DNA from: Eledone cirrhosa | Taxonomy: Eukaryota | Direction: 5' to 3' | Assembly (NCBI GenBank): GCA_964016885.1 | Contig: OZ024743.1 | Coordinates: 242,234,001 to 242,298,000 of the forward strand | Length of the DNA stretch: 64,000 nt | Shown: positions 27,579 to 41,579 of the stretch, in pieces | Numbering within the stretch: the first letter of the stretch is position 1 | Layout: each line of letters starts with the position of its first letter | Made by a program: the position numbers and the translations under genes | The notes under the pieces: model-generated | Told to the model about the DNA's origin: nothing | The model's input: the letters and a program-made list of their open reading frames with translations, nothing else | Databases searched by the model: none

Positions 27579-27800
27579 GCTCCATATACCGCCATTGAGT
27601 TTGTTACTGTTGTTGTTATTTAGCTCCATATACCGCCATTGAGTCTGTTATTGTTGTTGTTATTGTTAGTTATTTAGCTCCATATACCGCCATTGAGTCT
27701 GTTATTGTTGTTGTTATTGTTATTTTTATTTAGCTCCATATACCGCCATTGAGTCTGTTAGTGTTGTTGTTATTTAGCCCCATATACAGTGATTGAATGT
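27350..27800. repeat. Minisatellite: ~25-bp constant block separated by variable (GTT)n
   Basis: TTAGCTCCATATACCGCCATTGAGT occurs about 9 times. Confidence 0.9.
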
Positions 27801-28043
27801 TTTATTGTGGTTATTCAACCACTTCTCAAGCATTGATATACCACCATGTAACCAAAGGCTACTCATGGCCATCCCTTACAACATAGTGTGTCTCGCATCT
27901 AGAAGCCTATTTTTCAATATGAATACATAAGGCCTATCATAAAACTTCTACTCTTGATTATCCCAGCTCGTTTTAAACATTGTGTAGCTAGGAATATATT
28001 ATATAATGTGCATATATATCATCCTCGTCATCATCATAATCAT

Positions 28044-28094
<51 letters not shown>

Positions 28095-28259
28095 TTAACG
28101 TACGTTTTCCTTGCTAGCAAGTGTTGTGTATTTGAGTGTTTGTGTGTGCGCGCATGTGTATGTGTGGTGTGTGTGTGTGTGTATGTGTGTGTATGTGTGT
28201 CTATGTATGTGCGTGTGTATGTATGTGTGTGTGTGTATGTGTGTGTGTATGTTAGAACT

Positions 28260-28560
28260 CCGTTGGTTCCGAAGATGATTGACCCAGTTGTCTGATCAAC
28301 GGAACAGCCTGCTCGTAAAACTAACGACTAATTGACTGAACATTCCACAGACACGTGTACCCATAACGTAATTCTCAAGGAGATTCCGCGTGACATGATT
28401 GCCCTTTTAAATTACAAATACGGCACATGTTGGCAAGCTGAGAAGACTAGAGCAACGGGAAATATAGTTGCTTGCTCAAGAACACAACGCTCCGCCGGGA
28501 ATCGAACTCACGAGCTTATCGTCAGCTAAACACCCTAGCCATTAAGCCACACGGCTTAAC
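28260..28560 (-). mobile_element. CORE-type SINE (family C), near full length
   Basis: Reverse complement has GTGTGGCTTAATGG (A-box), GAGTTCGATTCCC (B-box) and GTGTTCTTGAGCAAG. Confidence 0.8.
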
Positions 28561-28637
28561 ATTTACATATATACATGAACCCACATGCACACACGTATTG
28601 AGACGTTAGCAATGGAAAACCTTTACTGTGGCATTTT

Positions 28638-29586
28638 ACCACCACCACCACCACAATCACCACCACCTCCATCACTACAGTCACAAACACCACCACCACT
28701 ACCACCACCACTACCACCACCTCCATCACTACAGCCACAAACACCACCACCACTACCAACACCACCACCACCACCTCCATCACTACAGCCACAACCACCA
28801 GCACCACTACCACCACCACCACCACCACCACCACCACCACCTCCATCACTACAGCCACAACCACCACCACAACTACCAACACCACCACCACCACCTCCAT
28901 CACTACAGCCACAACCACCACCACCACCACCACTACCAACACCACCACCACCACCTCCATCACTACAGCCACAACCACCACCACCACTACCACCACCACC
29001 ACCACCACAGCCACAACCACCACCACCACTACCAACACCACCACCACCACCTCCATCACTACAGCCACAACCACCACCACCACTACCACCACCACCACCA
29101 CCACAGCCACAACCACCACCACCACTACCAACACCACCACCACCACCTCCATCACCACAGCCACAACCACCACCACCACTACCAACACCACCACCACCAC
29201 CTCCATCACCACAGCCACAACCACCACCACCACCACCACCACCACCACCACTACCAACACCACCACCACCACTACCATCACTACAGCCACCACCACCACC
29301 ACTACCACCACTAACTACTGCAACCATTATCTTTGCCATTCTCTACAGCAAGCACCATCGCTACCATCCCCACTACAACCATCAGCTGTAGCATCACCAC
29401 AGCCCCCACCATCGCAACCACCATCTCTACCATCCCCACTACAACCATCAGCTGTAGCATCACCACAACCCCCACCATCGCAACCATCATCTCTACCATT
29501 ACCACACCTACAGTCCCATCACATTTGACATTACCACCACCAACATCGCTACTACTATCACCACCACCTTTATCCTCACCGATCCC

Positions 29587-29627
<41 letters not shown>

Positions 29628-29644
29628 TACACACACACACACAC

Positions 29645-29709
<65 letters not shown>

Positions 29710-29811
29710 TCATTCCTCTTTCTATGTTCTTCTATCCTTCCATCCATCTTTTTCTCACCCACACTCCTTCCATTCCACATTCTATCTTTCTCCCGCTCTC
29801 TCTCTTTCTCT

Positions 29812-29876
<65 letters not shown>

Positions 29877-31463
29877 TCTCGCTCTCTCTTTCTCTCTCTC
29901 TCTATCTCTCTCTCTCTATCTCTGTCTCTATGTATATATATATATACATACATACATATATATATTTATATATATATTATATATATATATATACATATAT
30001 ATATTTATATATATATATACATATATATACTTCTATCTTTTCATTTCTGTCTCTCTCACTCTCTTTCTTCCCTCACTCCCCTTCCTTTCCCTCTCTCATT
30101 CTCCCCCCTCCTCCTCTCTCTCTCTCCTCCTCTCTCTCCATCTTTCTCCCTTTATAAAATATGATATCCTCTCTTTTAATACTTAGTATCATTGTTTGCT
30201 TCCTGTCTCTACCCTCGGGGTTTGAACCGAACTTCTCTCTATCCGAGTATCACAAGCAAATACATCTCAAATTCACTGTAATTCTATAGAGTTACACGCA
30301 GGAAAAAATATCCTTTCGGAAGAAATATTAAATTTGGCAGCTTATAATGCAAAAATTAGATTTCTAATTACCTTCGCAAATTTAATAATTCGTAGTAAAC
30401 ATTTCATGGATAAGTTATATACACTCATACACACACAAGCACACATATATACATACACACATACACACGTACACACACCATACGCATACATACATACGCC
30501 ATAGACACACATACGCACGTTAAACACAAGTGATACATACACAAGCCATACACCCGCCATACGCATACATACACACACATACGAGGGTCAGACTCACACC
30601 ATACACACATATACACACACATTCACGCCCCATACTCACATATATACACACATTCACACGCCATACACACATACACACACATTCACACGCCATACACACA
30701 TACACACATTCACACGCCATACACACATATACACACGTCAAATACTTGTGATACATACATATACACAGGCCATAAGCACACATGTACACACGATACACAC
30801 GCCATACACACGTCACACGCACACACACACATACACACGCCATTCACATGCCTTACACACACATATGCATGTCATACAAACATATACACACACATACACA
30901 CGCCATACTCACACATACACACGCCAAACACATGTGATACACACACATTCACACGCCATACACACACATGCACACACATTCACACACCATACACACACAT
31001 ACACACGCCATACACCCGGCATACACGTCATACATACACTATACGCACACATATACACGTTATACATACGCCATACACATTCCGTGTCACACACACACAC
31101 CATACACACATATACACACACTCACACGCCATACATCATACACACACATACACCACATACACACACCCTACGCACATATACATGTGTTATACACCTGTCA
31201 TACACACACATACAGATGTCATACACACACACATATTATACATACACATACACAAGCCATGCACAGGCCATATACACACATACACACACATGATCACACC
31301 CTACGCACAAACATACGCCATACACACACATACACACACCCTACTAAGAAACATACGCCATACACACACATACACACACATACACAGACACCTGTGTACA
31401 TGCACAAGCACAGGCTCTGATACAAACACACGAACGCAAGTTGAAAGGAGACATACGTGCGCG

Positions 31464-31502
<39 letters not shown>

Positions 31503-31520
31503 CATACACACACACATGGA
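28638..31520. repeat. (CCA)n minisatellite followed by (CT)n, (AT)n and (AC)-rich microsatellite fields
   Basis: Direct reading. Confidence 0.9.
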
Positions 31521-31683
31521 ATCCAAACCCACCCACACAACCTACCCCACACATAAAATAAAACAATCATAATGCAATTGAAGTAAGTGTGTGTATGTGG
31601 GTCGGTTTAACTAGAAGGTTATGTGTATGTTTATATATGTGCGTGTGTATGTGTGTGAGTATGTGTGTGTGTATGTGCATGTA

Positions 31684-31728
<45 letters not shown>

Positions 31729-31734
<6 letters not shown>

Positions 31735-32346
31735 TGCCACCTCGTTATCGAGTATGGCCATTGCACGAAATACCATTATTAATAATTATTAATTAATTCT
31801 ATCGTGCAATGCCTGTGCGTGAAGATATTTTTTAAAGTGAGGAAAGACTGTGCACTGAGCCAATCCGACTCTCTGAGCGACAGTAGCTATAACCCGAAAA
31901 GAAGAAAAGATCAACATCATCGGTAACTACTGAGCCGCAGGTTTTATATCGGAGTTATCCCAGTTTCCTGGGTTGCCTTCTCCTAGAAGAATGCCCTGAC
32001 AAAGGCTAGGGGTCCTTCACTCCTAGTGGTTTAACCGCGCGATCGGGTGTCCAGCCTGACTATTTCTATATCCCGCGCATATACATACACATGCACCCAT
32101 GCATATACACATATACATATATATGTACATGTGCATATATACATATTTACACACTTTTGGATGGCCGTTGACTCTTATGAGTTCTTCCGCCCTTTTCAGG
32201 TTTTTTTTTTGTCCTGCAGGGTGTCCAAAATCACCCTCCTCACCAAGTAAACTTGGCGGGGTTGCCGGTTTAGTCGCCGACGACTCGACCATGCGACAGG
32301 TTGTACTGGGTTAGATGTTACCAGTAGCACTCAAGAATGACCCGAC
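31729..32346 (-). mobile_element. Non-autonomous RTE-related element (family A) with internal microsatellite
   Basis: The 5' part is homologous to 62017-62607 and 63110-63709. The 3' end GGCCATACTCGATAACGAGGTGGCAGCCATC matches the tail at ~47436-47475. The middle matches 50195-50485. Confidence 0.8.
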
Positions 32347-32378
<32 letters not shown>

Positions 32379-32712
32379 GCATACATACGTACGTACGTAC
32401 ATACATACATACATACATACATACATACATACATACATACATACATACATACATACATACATACATACATACATACATACATACATACATACATACATAC
32501 ATACATACATACATACATACGTTTGTACTGGCACATGCTCACACACACACACACTATATTATACATTATAGAATGAAACTTAAGCCAAGTTATCATAGAA
32601 TATGCGCGTACATGAATGTGTATGAGCGTGTTTATGTATGTGTGTGCGTGTGTGTGTGCGTGTGTTTGTGTGTTCGTGTGTGTTTATGTGTGTGTTCGTG
32701 TGCGTGTGTGTA

Positions 32713-32793
<81 letters not shown>

Positions 32794-33095
32794 ACGTGTG
32801 TGTGTGTGCACGTGTGTGTTTGTGTGTGTCTGTGCGTGCTTGTTTATCTGTGTCAGTTTAATTTTTCAAAATACAAAATGGACGCCCACACAATCATATA
32901 TATTATTATTATTCCCTATCTTATACTGATGGGCTCTATAAAACTTGAATTAAATTCCGAATTATTCGCCAACAGATACTAAAATATAGTTACTTCATCT
33001 TCAAATGCTTTCCCTTTTCCTGGGATTGTCGCACATTGGTGCCGCAGGGAAAACAACATTTTGGAGCTTTATTATTACTATTATTATCATTTGTA

Positions 33096-33330
33096 GGGGC
33101 GGTGGATTGGCAGGATTGGTAGAGGGTCGGACGCCATGTTTTGCAGCATAGAGTTACACCACTTTATGATCTGAGTTCAAATCCCGCCGAGGTTAACTTT
33201 GCCTTTCATCCTTACGGGGTCGATAAAATAAAGTACCAGTCACGCACTGGGGTCGATTTAATCGACTTTCCCCTCCTCCAAAATTGCTGGCCTTGTGCCT
33301 ATATAAGAAAACATTATTATTATTATTATT
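33096..33330 (+). mobile_element. Full-length family-M SINE
   Basis: GGGGCGGTGGATTGGCAGGATTGGTAG head, B-box, central domain, GGTCGATTTAATCGAC hairpin and (TTA)n tail. Confidence 0.92.
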
Positions 33331-34339
33331 TGTGATTCTGTCACAAAATATTGTTTGCCTTGTGCCTAAATCAGATACCCTTAATTGTTGTTGTTGTTCT
33401 TGGGTCTCCGTCGGATCCGACGACGAGTATTCCGGTTTTTCGGTTTTTCCGTGAATAGAATAGCCTGCTGGTAAAATTAATATGCAAATGACTGGTTATT
33501 CCACAGAAATATGTAACCCTTACTTGCGGTAATTCTGAGAGAATTTCGGCGTGACATAGAGTGTGGAAAGGCTGGCACCTTTAAATCACAGATAGAACCT
33601 ATCTTGTATAATGGTGTTAATGGCTAATATTCCGCAGACATGTGTACCCTTTAATGTAATTCTCATGGAGATTCGACGCGACGAGGTTGTCCCCTTTTAA
33701 ATCACAGGTAGAGTCCATCTTTTATTATAGTGCAAGTGGCAGAACATTCCACAGATATGTATACGCATATAAACACATACATGCACATATTCATTCACCT
33801 GAAAAAAATCAGCCACTGAAGTGAATATATGTACCTTTTTTGTCGCTGGAAGTAAAATATATATTTTTTTTAAATACCCGGAACGCACGAATTTTTTGGT
33901 AGAAAAACAAGATGGAGTAAATGGAACGAAGTGGAAAATATGAAGAGATACAGAGAGCCAAAAAGGTTATTGAGAATATCACATAGAAAATATCACAAGA
34001 GCTTTGACAATTAATGAATCATTATATTTTATTTAAATTAAAAATGCTCATTTAAGATACAGCTGTTAATAGAATTAATGATTTTGAGAGCTTCATCTAA
34101 ATTTTGTTTCCTTTCAACTCCAAATTGTTTTCTTTTTCTTTTTTTTTCTTTTTTTTCTGCTATCTTTTTTCTTCTTTTCTTTTTCTTTTTTTCGTAATCA
34201 AGGTTTTTTTCTATGTAGAGATGTTTTAATGTCAACTAGATTTTTCATTTTTGTAAGCTATTTCATATAGCCTTTCACAGAAATAGCTCAACTGGTGTAA
34301 ATGCCAACAAATCACTTCCATGGTGATTCTCATTTTTTA

Positions 34340-34391
<52 letters not shown>

Positions 34392-34534
34392 ACCAGATAC
34401 TCGAGGCACTGTTGTGACAGGATATCTTGGGCTTTTTAAACATGACGGAGCCCATCTCTTCTCCATGTCCGGACACAGTCAATTTCTTGCAGAAAAGGGG
34501 AGAGAAGGGGAGATGAAGTGAGAAAGAGATACAG

Positions 34535-34660
34535 ATGAAAAATCAACCCCAATATTAGACTGGTACTTTTTATCGACTTCGAAATAATGAATATCGAAAT
34601 AACGAATATCGCAAATCATTCTATCCGACGTTCTAACAACTCTGCCAATTCGCCGCCTCA
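34535..34660 (-). mobile_element. Internally deleted family-M SINE
   Basis: Reverse complement has a GGCGGCGAATTGGCAGAGTTGTTAGAACGTCGG head and GTCGATAAAAAGTACCAG. Confidence 0.7.
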
Positions 34661-36053
34661 TTTTTCAACGTAGTTAGTTAAAATACCAAAAATAAATTCA
34701 TCTTTTCTAGTGCCTAGAATTTCTTTGCAACAAACAAAAACTGATTTACTTTTTTGTCGCCATCAACAAAACAAATAAATGCCAATAGCTATGCTTTGTT
34801 GGTAATGTCTGCTGACCCATCAAGTTGCAAACCAAGATTTGAATGCCAAAGCATATCACAGCATACATTTTCGTCGCCACCAGCAGGCAATTTTAAAATA
34901 CACCTACAAATTATCATATGACTGGAGTATTTCACTTATTTCTTATTCTACTTAATCTTCTAATACTGTTTTACCAATATATCTGTATACAGCAAAATAG
35001 ATGACTCGGCCAATATATGAAACCTCCATTTTTGTATAAATAATTCATGTATGTTTTAGGAAGCAACTTTAATCTTTTCAGAAATTATGATACTTATAAA
35101 AATATTTTCCCGTTTTGTTTGACGTTCCGACCATCTGTTAAAATATATTGAAGATAGGAGCGGTTAGTTTGAAATGTCTATTTAACTTGCTAGGAAGTAA
35201 TTATTCGTTTGTTTTTAATTATCCACTTATCAAACAGAATGGTTGAGGTAGTTAGAGTACCACCTCATCTATTTGATAATGAGGGCGAAATAGAGACTAA
35301 GGAAAACTGGCAGACTGGTGTGACAAGAAGGGGTAGACTTTCAAAAAATAACTCTGTCAAAAATCATTATAAAAAAAGGAGGTAAACGGAGTAAACAGTA
35401 TAATTCCTTCAAATACATAGTCATTGTAACCAGCAATACCAGCTTGCTTAGTCTTTGGATTGGAAGAAGTAAACAACGCAATATGTAGATAAATACGGAG
35501 GGGGGAAGATTGCTATTGAGTGTTGCCGGATGATCGACTCCTGCTGCTAACAACAAATGAAATATACGAAAAGATAAAATACTTCTATCCCGAAAATGTG
35601 GGTGCTTTTATTAATGAACACACCGCAAAATATACTTACGAAGTGTTTCATTCACCCCAGAAAAATATATAATATATGAAGAGCGAGCAGAAACGTGGTG
35701 TGCTCAGACCCGATATAACTATTGGGTTCCTACCCATGTATGGGGGGGGGGGGACCCTAAATATTTTCCAGATTTTATATCATATCTTGTGTTAATTTTT
35801 GAGTGATATATAATAATGTTATACTTATTTTAATTTTATCGAATTTTAACTGTCTATTGCATAACATCATTTCCATCACTCTCGATTTCCCATAATTTTG
35901 TCTATCCAGCGCTGCATGTATTGTAACCTTGGTGTTTATAATGTTTATTTTATTCCATGTGCCAGCCCTTGATGGCAAGGTTTCCCCTTGGAAAATTGTT
36001 TTTCGTTCGTTGCATTGCCTTCTCTTTGTTACTTTTCTTATCTATACACACAC

Positions 36054-36137
<84 letters not shown>

Positions 36138-36222
36138 AAAAGGTAAACAGAAATAACAACATAATCGGTACAGTATATGTAAGGGATATATTAGGTTAAC
36201 GCTTGATATAGCAGGGAGAGGG

Positions 36223-36258
36223 TCTTAACGTTTCGGACGCTAGTCCTTCAGCAGAAGA
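36223..36258 (-). ncRNA. Minimal hammerhead motif with A6-to-C core change
   Basis: TCTT CTGCTGA A GGAC-TAGC-GTCC GAAA CG TT AAGA; palindromic stem III AACGTT; stem I TCTT/AAGA. Confidence 0.6.
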
Positions 36259-36542
36259 AAGAATGAGAAATAAGATAGATTGAGGGGACGGGCGGGTTGG
36301 AATTGGAAAAAATGTCTTTAGATAAAAATAACAGGTCCATTCAAGTTGACATCTCTTTATCCGAGCCACCTTTTTCAATAAAACAGAAATAATTTTCGAA
36401 CTCCTGTTAGATGCAAGACACGCCACAACAGAAACACAAACCCTTCATCTCAATTTTACTTTTGATAATCATAAGAACTGTGAAACCGGTAAAGTAAATA
36501 GATATTCTGAAAAGACTCCATTGCATTTTCAATTTCTTTTCC

Positions 36543-36573
<31 letters not shown>

Positions 36574-36613
36574 AGTAGAGAGAAATAGCATTTGTGAAGA
36601 AGAGATGCAAGAG

Positions 36614-36676
<63 letters not shown>

Positions 36677-36697
36677 ATGATATAAGAGATCCAAGAC

Positions 36698-36756
<59 letters not shown>

Positions 36757-36843
36757 CGCCTTGCATCTCTTCTTCACAAAAGTGCTATTTCTCTCTACTC
36801 ACAGCTCTAACGAGTTCCCACTCTTGCTTCACACACACACACA

Positions 36844-36913
<70 letters not shown>

Positions 36914-37388
36914 GGGGTGTATGGGTGTAATAATCTAACCTTATATGATACGGGTTGTTAGTATGAGTATATTAATGTTTGATGAGAAGTAACGAATGCC
37001 AGAGTTTTTCGTCAAGATGCTCAAGTGCGCTCGTATAAAAATTGTATTTCCCCAAATCTGCGGCTTACCTCGCTAGACCTTGAAGAGGTAAAGAATTATT
37101 GAAAGATTCTGTTATGTATTTTCAGACCTGAAGGAAAATTTGTTCTGAGAAATATTCTCAAATTTCAAATGCTTTTAGCTGAAAATTTATCAGACATTTA
37201 AAACTGTTTTGAGGGTTGGTTTGGGGTGGTGGCTATAAAAAGAAAAAGATTTTTTAGTGAGTGAGAGTATAAATATGTGTGTGTGTTAGTGTGTGTAATT
37301 ATATCTGTGTGCATGTGTGTGTATGGGAGTGTAAGTATGTGCGTATCTATATGTATGTATAAGTAAATATATTTGTAAGCCTGTGTAG

Positions 37389-37460
<72 letters not shown>

Positions 37461-37559
37461 ATGTATGTGTTTATGTGACAATGAACTTCCGTTTTACTGG
37501 TTTAAACATAGTTAAAAGTAAAATCAAGCTACCCTAGCAAGAAAACATATCGATAAGTT

Positions 37560-39010
37560 ACTTAAGGAGACAACTAAATCTTCTTCAACCATCGTTCTAC
37601 TCTATAAATCTCAGCAAGAAACCCTCCTCTTTATAACCTCACGACTTCCTCAAGAGGACAATTAGATCTTCAACCATCGTTCTACCTCTGCTCTCAGCAA
37701 GAAACCCTCCTCCTTATGACCTCACGACTTCCTCAAGAGGACAATTAGAACTTCAACCATCATTCTACCTCTGCTCTCAGCAAGAAACCCTCCTCCTTAT
37801 GATCTCACGATTTCCTCAAGAGGACAATTAGATCTTCAAACATCGTTCTACCTCTGATCTCAGCAAGAAACCCTCCTCCTTATAACCTAATGACTTCTTC
37901 AAGCTGACAACAAAACTTTCAACCAACATTTAATCCCTAAACTCAACAAACAACCCACCCCCTTATAACTTCACGAGGTATCAACTATATCATCAACCAT
38001 CGTTTTCCCCGCTTATCTCAACAAGAAACCCTCTCTCCCTGTAACTTCACAACTTTCTCAAAGGGACAACTAAATCATCAATCATCGTTTCCCTCCTAAT
38101 CTCAACAAGAGAGCCCCCCTCCCTATAATCTTACGACATCTTCAAGGAGACAACTAACTCTTAAGCTATCGTTCTAACCCTAATCTCAACCAGGATCCCT
38201 CCCTATAATCTCATGACTTTCTCAGGGTTATAATTATATCATCAACCATCGTTTCACACCCCGAATCTTAACAAAAAACACTCCCTCTCTATAACCTCAT
38301 GACTTTCTCAAGGTTACAATTATATCATCAACCATCGTTTCCCGCCCCTAATCTTAACAAGAAGCCCTCCCTCTCTATAACCTCATGACTTCCTCAAGGT
38401 TACAACAATATCATCAACCATCGTTTCCCGCCCCTAATCTTAACAAGAAACCCTCCCTCTCTATAACCTCATAACTTTCTCAAGGTGACATCTATATCAT
38501 CAACCATCGTTTTCTCCGCTAATCTCAACAAGGATCCCTCCCTATAATCTCAAGACTTCCTCAAAGTGACAATTATATCTTCAACCATCGTTTCCCGCCC
38601 CTAATCTTAACAATAAACCCTCCCTCTCTATAACTTCATGACTTCCTCAAGGTTACAACAATATCATCAACCATCGTTTTCCCCGCTAATCTCAACAAGG
38701 ATCCCTTCCTATAACCTCATAACTTTCTCAGGGTTACAACTATATTATCAACCATCGTTTTAATCCCTAATGTTAACAAGAAACCCTCCCTATAACTTCA
38801 CGACTTCTTCAAGGTTACAACTATATCTTCAGCACTCGTTTTCCCGATAATCTTAACAAGGATCCCTCCCTATAACTTCCTCAGGGTTACAACTATATCA
38901 TTAACCATCGTTTTCTCCCTAATCTCAACAAGAAACCCTCCCTCCTTCCCTCTAACCTTATGATTTTCTCAAGGTTACAACTTTATCATCAACCATCCTT
39001 TTATCCCCTA
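37560..39010. repeat. Diverged ~60-bp tandem satellite, roughly 23 units
   Basis: Recurring TCAACCATCGTT...TCTCAACAAGAAACCCTCC...TATAACCTCATGACTT...CAAGG. Confidence 0.92.
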
Positions 39011-39879
39011 CTCGCAGCAATCTTTGAAGTAAAATCACATGACATACCATAAAATAAATTGATGAATGAATGAATTAATTAACTAATTATCTAATTATAT
39101 GTAGGAATACATCTGTAGATTTGCTTTAAAATATCGAAGTTTTGCATACTTGGCATGTGACTTGATCTGAGATCGTTGTTGTTGATGTTGATGTTGTTGT
39201 TGTTGGTGGTGGTGGTGGTGGCAATTATGGTGAGGGCTGCTGGTCGTCGACATAGTGGGGGTGCTGGTGGTGGTGGTGATGGTGGTTGTGGTGATGGTGA
39301 TGGTGACGATGACATCAATCTTCAGGTGCATTGTGAACATGTAAAGTTATCCAACTGCTCGTTTTTGCCGACAAGCTCCGATGTTGTTTCCTATTTACGT
39401 TTTGTAAATTAATAGAATATCGCATCTTGCAGGTAATTCATTACCAAAGTGCTGCAACACACACGTACACACACGCACACACATGCATACATGCACACAC
39501 ATGCAACATCCATACATACACACACATGCATACACAAGCACACACACTCAGATATCCACACATAGACACATGCATGTATACACACACACGTACACATATA
39601 CTCATACACGTACACACCCATGCACACATATCATTTTTTTTTTTTACTTACTCAAGGTCGTCGAAGTCAGAATTGGTTGAGTGTCGCAGAATTTAGTTTG
39701 CAGTCCTCAGTTATGGCCTTTTAAGCTTTGCGTTCAAATCACACTCGTTGTTATGAAGTTCACTTCGCAACTATCTGGTTGAGATTCAATACCACTGGCA
39801 GCTTGGGATAGTGTTTTCTACCATAACACGACACTAACAAAGAACTGTGAGGGACATCTCGTGACTAGATATGGTTCGA

Positions 39880-40065
39880 GGTCTCGTTGGATAGTATTTA
39901 GCATCTCGTTCGATTGTGTTTGAAATCTCGAATAGCGTTTGAAATCTGGTTGGATAGTGTTTAAAAATTGGTTTGATAATGTCTGAAATCTTGTCGGATA
40001 TGGTATGAAATCTCGTTGGATTGTGTTTGAAATCCGGTTGGATAGTGTTTGAAATCTCGTTGGTG
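39880..40065. repeat. ~21-bp minisatellite
   Basis: GAAATCTCGTTGGATAGTGTTT variants, about 8 copies. Confidence 0.85.
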
Positions 40066-40067
40066 TA

Positions 40068-40380
40068 CATTCGTGGTCCTGTTTATTCGCGGAATTTTCC
40101 TTAGAACCTAACAAATAATTGTACGTGGAAATCACCGCATATTCGAGGAATCGTAAATATATTCCACGATTTTTTATGGCTTTTATCGTGGCAATATATA
40201 TTTCTTCACGCTTTTTAAAGCTAAATTATTGATAATAATATACTGTATTTGTCGCCCTATATTTTACGTTATGTTTTGACGTTAATAGACATTTTTATGG
40301 ATCACGTCCAATATTCGCGGTTTTGCACTCTTTGCTGATGCTCTAGGGACGTAAGTCCCGCGAATACCGGGGAAAAACTG
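40068..40380. mobile_element. Tc1/mariner-pogo (Tigger-like) MITE
   Basis: Imperfect TIRs CA..CCTGTTTATTCGCGG / CCGCGAATACCGGGG..ACTG, with TA on both sides. Confidence 0.65.
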
Positions 40381-40724
40381 TACTTCGAAGTATCGCTGGA
40401 TATTTTTGACATCTCGATAGATGAACGGTTAGTGCTAACGGTTAAGGGAATGGATCTGCTAGCATTCCAGTTATTTGATCAACGGAACAGTCTGCTTGTG
40501 AAATGAAGGGGAAAACGTAATTCTTAGGGAGATTCATCGTGGCACCGTGTATAACAAGGTTAACCTTATTTCAACACAGTTCCTTCGCTATTTTCTGGGG
40601 GCAACACTTTCTCCATTTTATCCGCTGGGAAGAACGTTCTCTTACACAGTCAGAGGTTGTAGCATTGAGATAGCGATAATTGATTATTCCTTCACATATT
40701 GTTGTTGTATTTGAACTCACTATT

Positions 40725-41500
40725 GTCAATATTCACTTCCACCGAGATCAACTTCGTATTTCACCCTTCCGGAGTCAATAAAATAAAGTACTAGTCGACT
40801 TTTCCATCCCCACAACCTCCACTGCCACCTACCCAAATTGTTGGCCTTGTTCATGAATCAGAAACCATTATTTACTGATATCAGGGCGATGGATTGACAG
40901 TATCGGTAGAGGGTCGGACGCCATGCTTTGACGCATAGAGTTACGGCCCTTGCCATTCTGAGTTCAAATCCCGTTGAGGTTAACTTTGCCTTTTATCCTT
41001 ACGGGGTCGATAATGCACTGGGTAATTGCTGGCCTTGTGCCAAAAGTAGAAACAATTATTTACTGTTATCAGGGCGATGGATTGGCAGTATCGGTAGAGC
41101 GTCGGACAATATGTTTCGCAGCATAGATTTACGGCCCTTTATGTTCTGAGTTCAAAACCCGCCGAGGTTAGCATTGCCTTTCATCCTTACGAAGTCGATA
41201 AAATAAAGTACCAGTAACGTACTGGTGTCGATTTCATCGACTTTCCTTTCTCCAAAGGTTGCTGGCCTTGTGCCTAAATCAGAAACCATTATTTAGTATC
41301 GGTAAAGCGTCAGACACTATGCTTTGTGGCATAGAGTATGGCCCTTAACGTTCTGAGTTCAAATCCCGCCGATGTTAACTTTGCCTTTTATCCTTACGTG
41401 GTCGATGAAATAAAGCACCAGTAATGCACTGGGGGTCGATTTAATTGATTTTCCCCTCTCCCCAAATTGTTGGCTATGTAACAAGAGTAGAAATCATTAT
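40725..41500 (+). mobile_element. Tandem array of four family-M SINE copies
   Basis: Head-to-tail copies joined at GAAACCATTATTTA tails. Confidence 0.9.
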
Positions 41501-41579
41501 TTACTTATATCGATCATTGACTACGAAAAGATTCCTTCAACCAGTAAATATAGAATAGTATACATGTATTCAAGATGCC

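Noticed and set aside
27350-27800. CRISPR-like repeat-spacer look
   Set aside because: Spacers are (GTT)n rather than unique sequence, there are no cas genes, and the context is eukaryotic.
28585-29391. Pro-rich or His-rich ORFs (also 42376-44001)
   Set aside because: (CCA)n/(GGT)n arrays lack stops by composition.
33096-33190. tRNA gene
   Set aside because: The A and B boxes belong to a SINE head; there is no full cloverleaf and it continues into the SINE body.
39091-39340. PolyH/polyQ ORF as a possible exon
   Set aside because: Low-complexity origin; all three frames from the nearest upstream acceptor hit stops.
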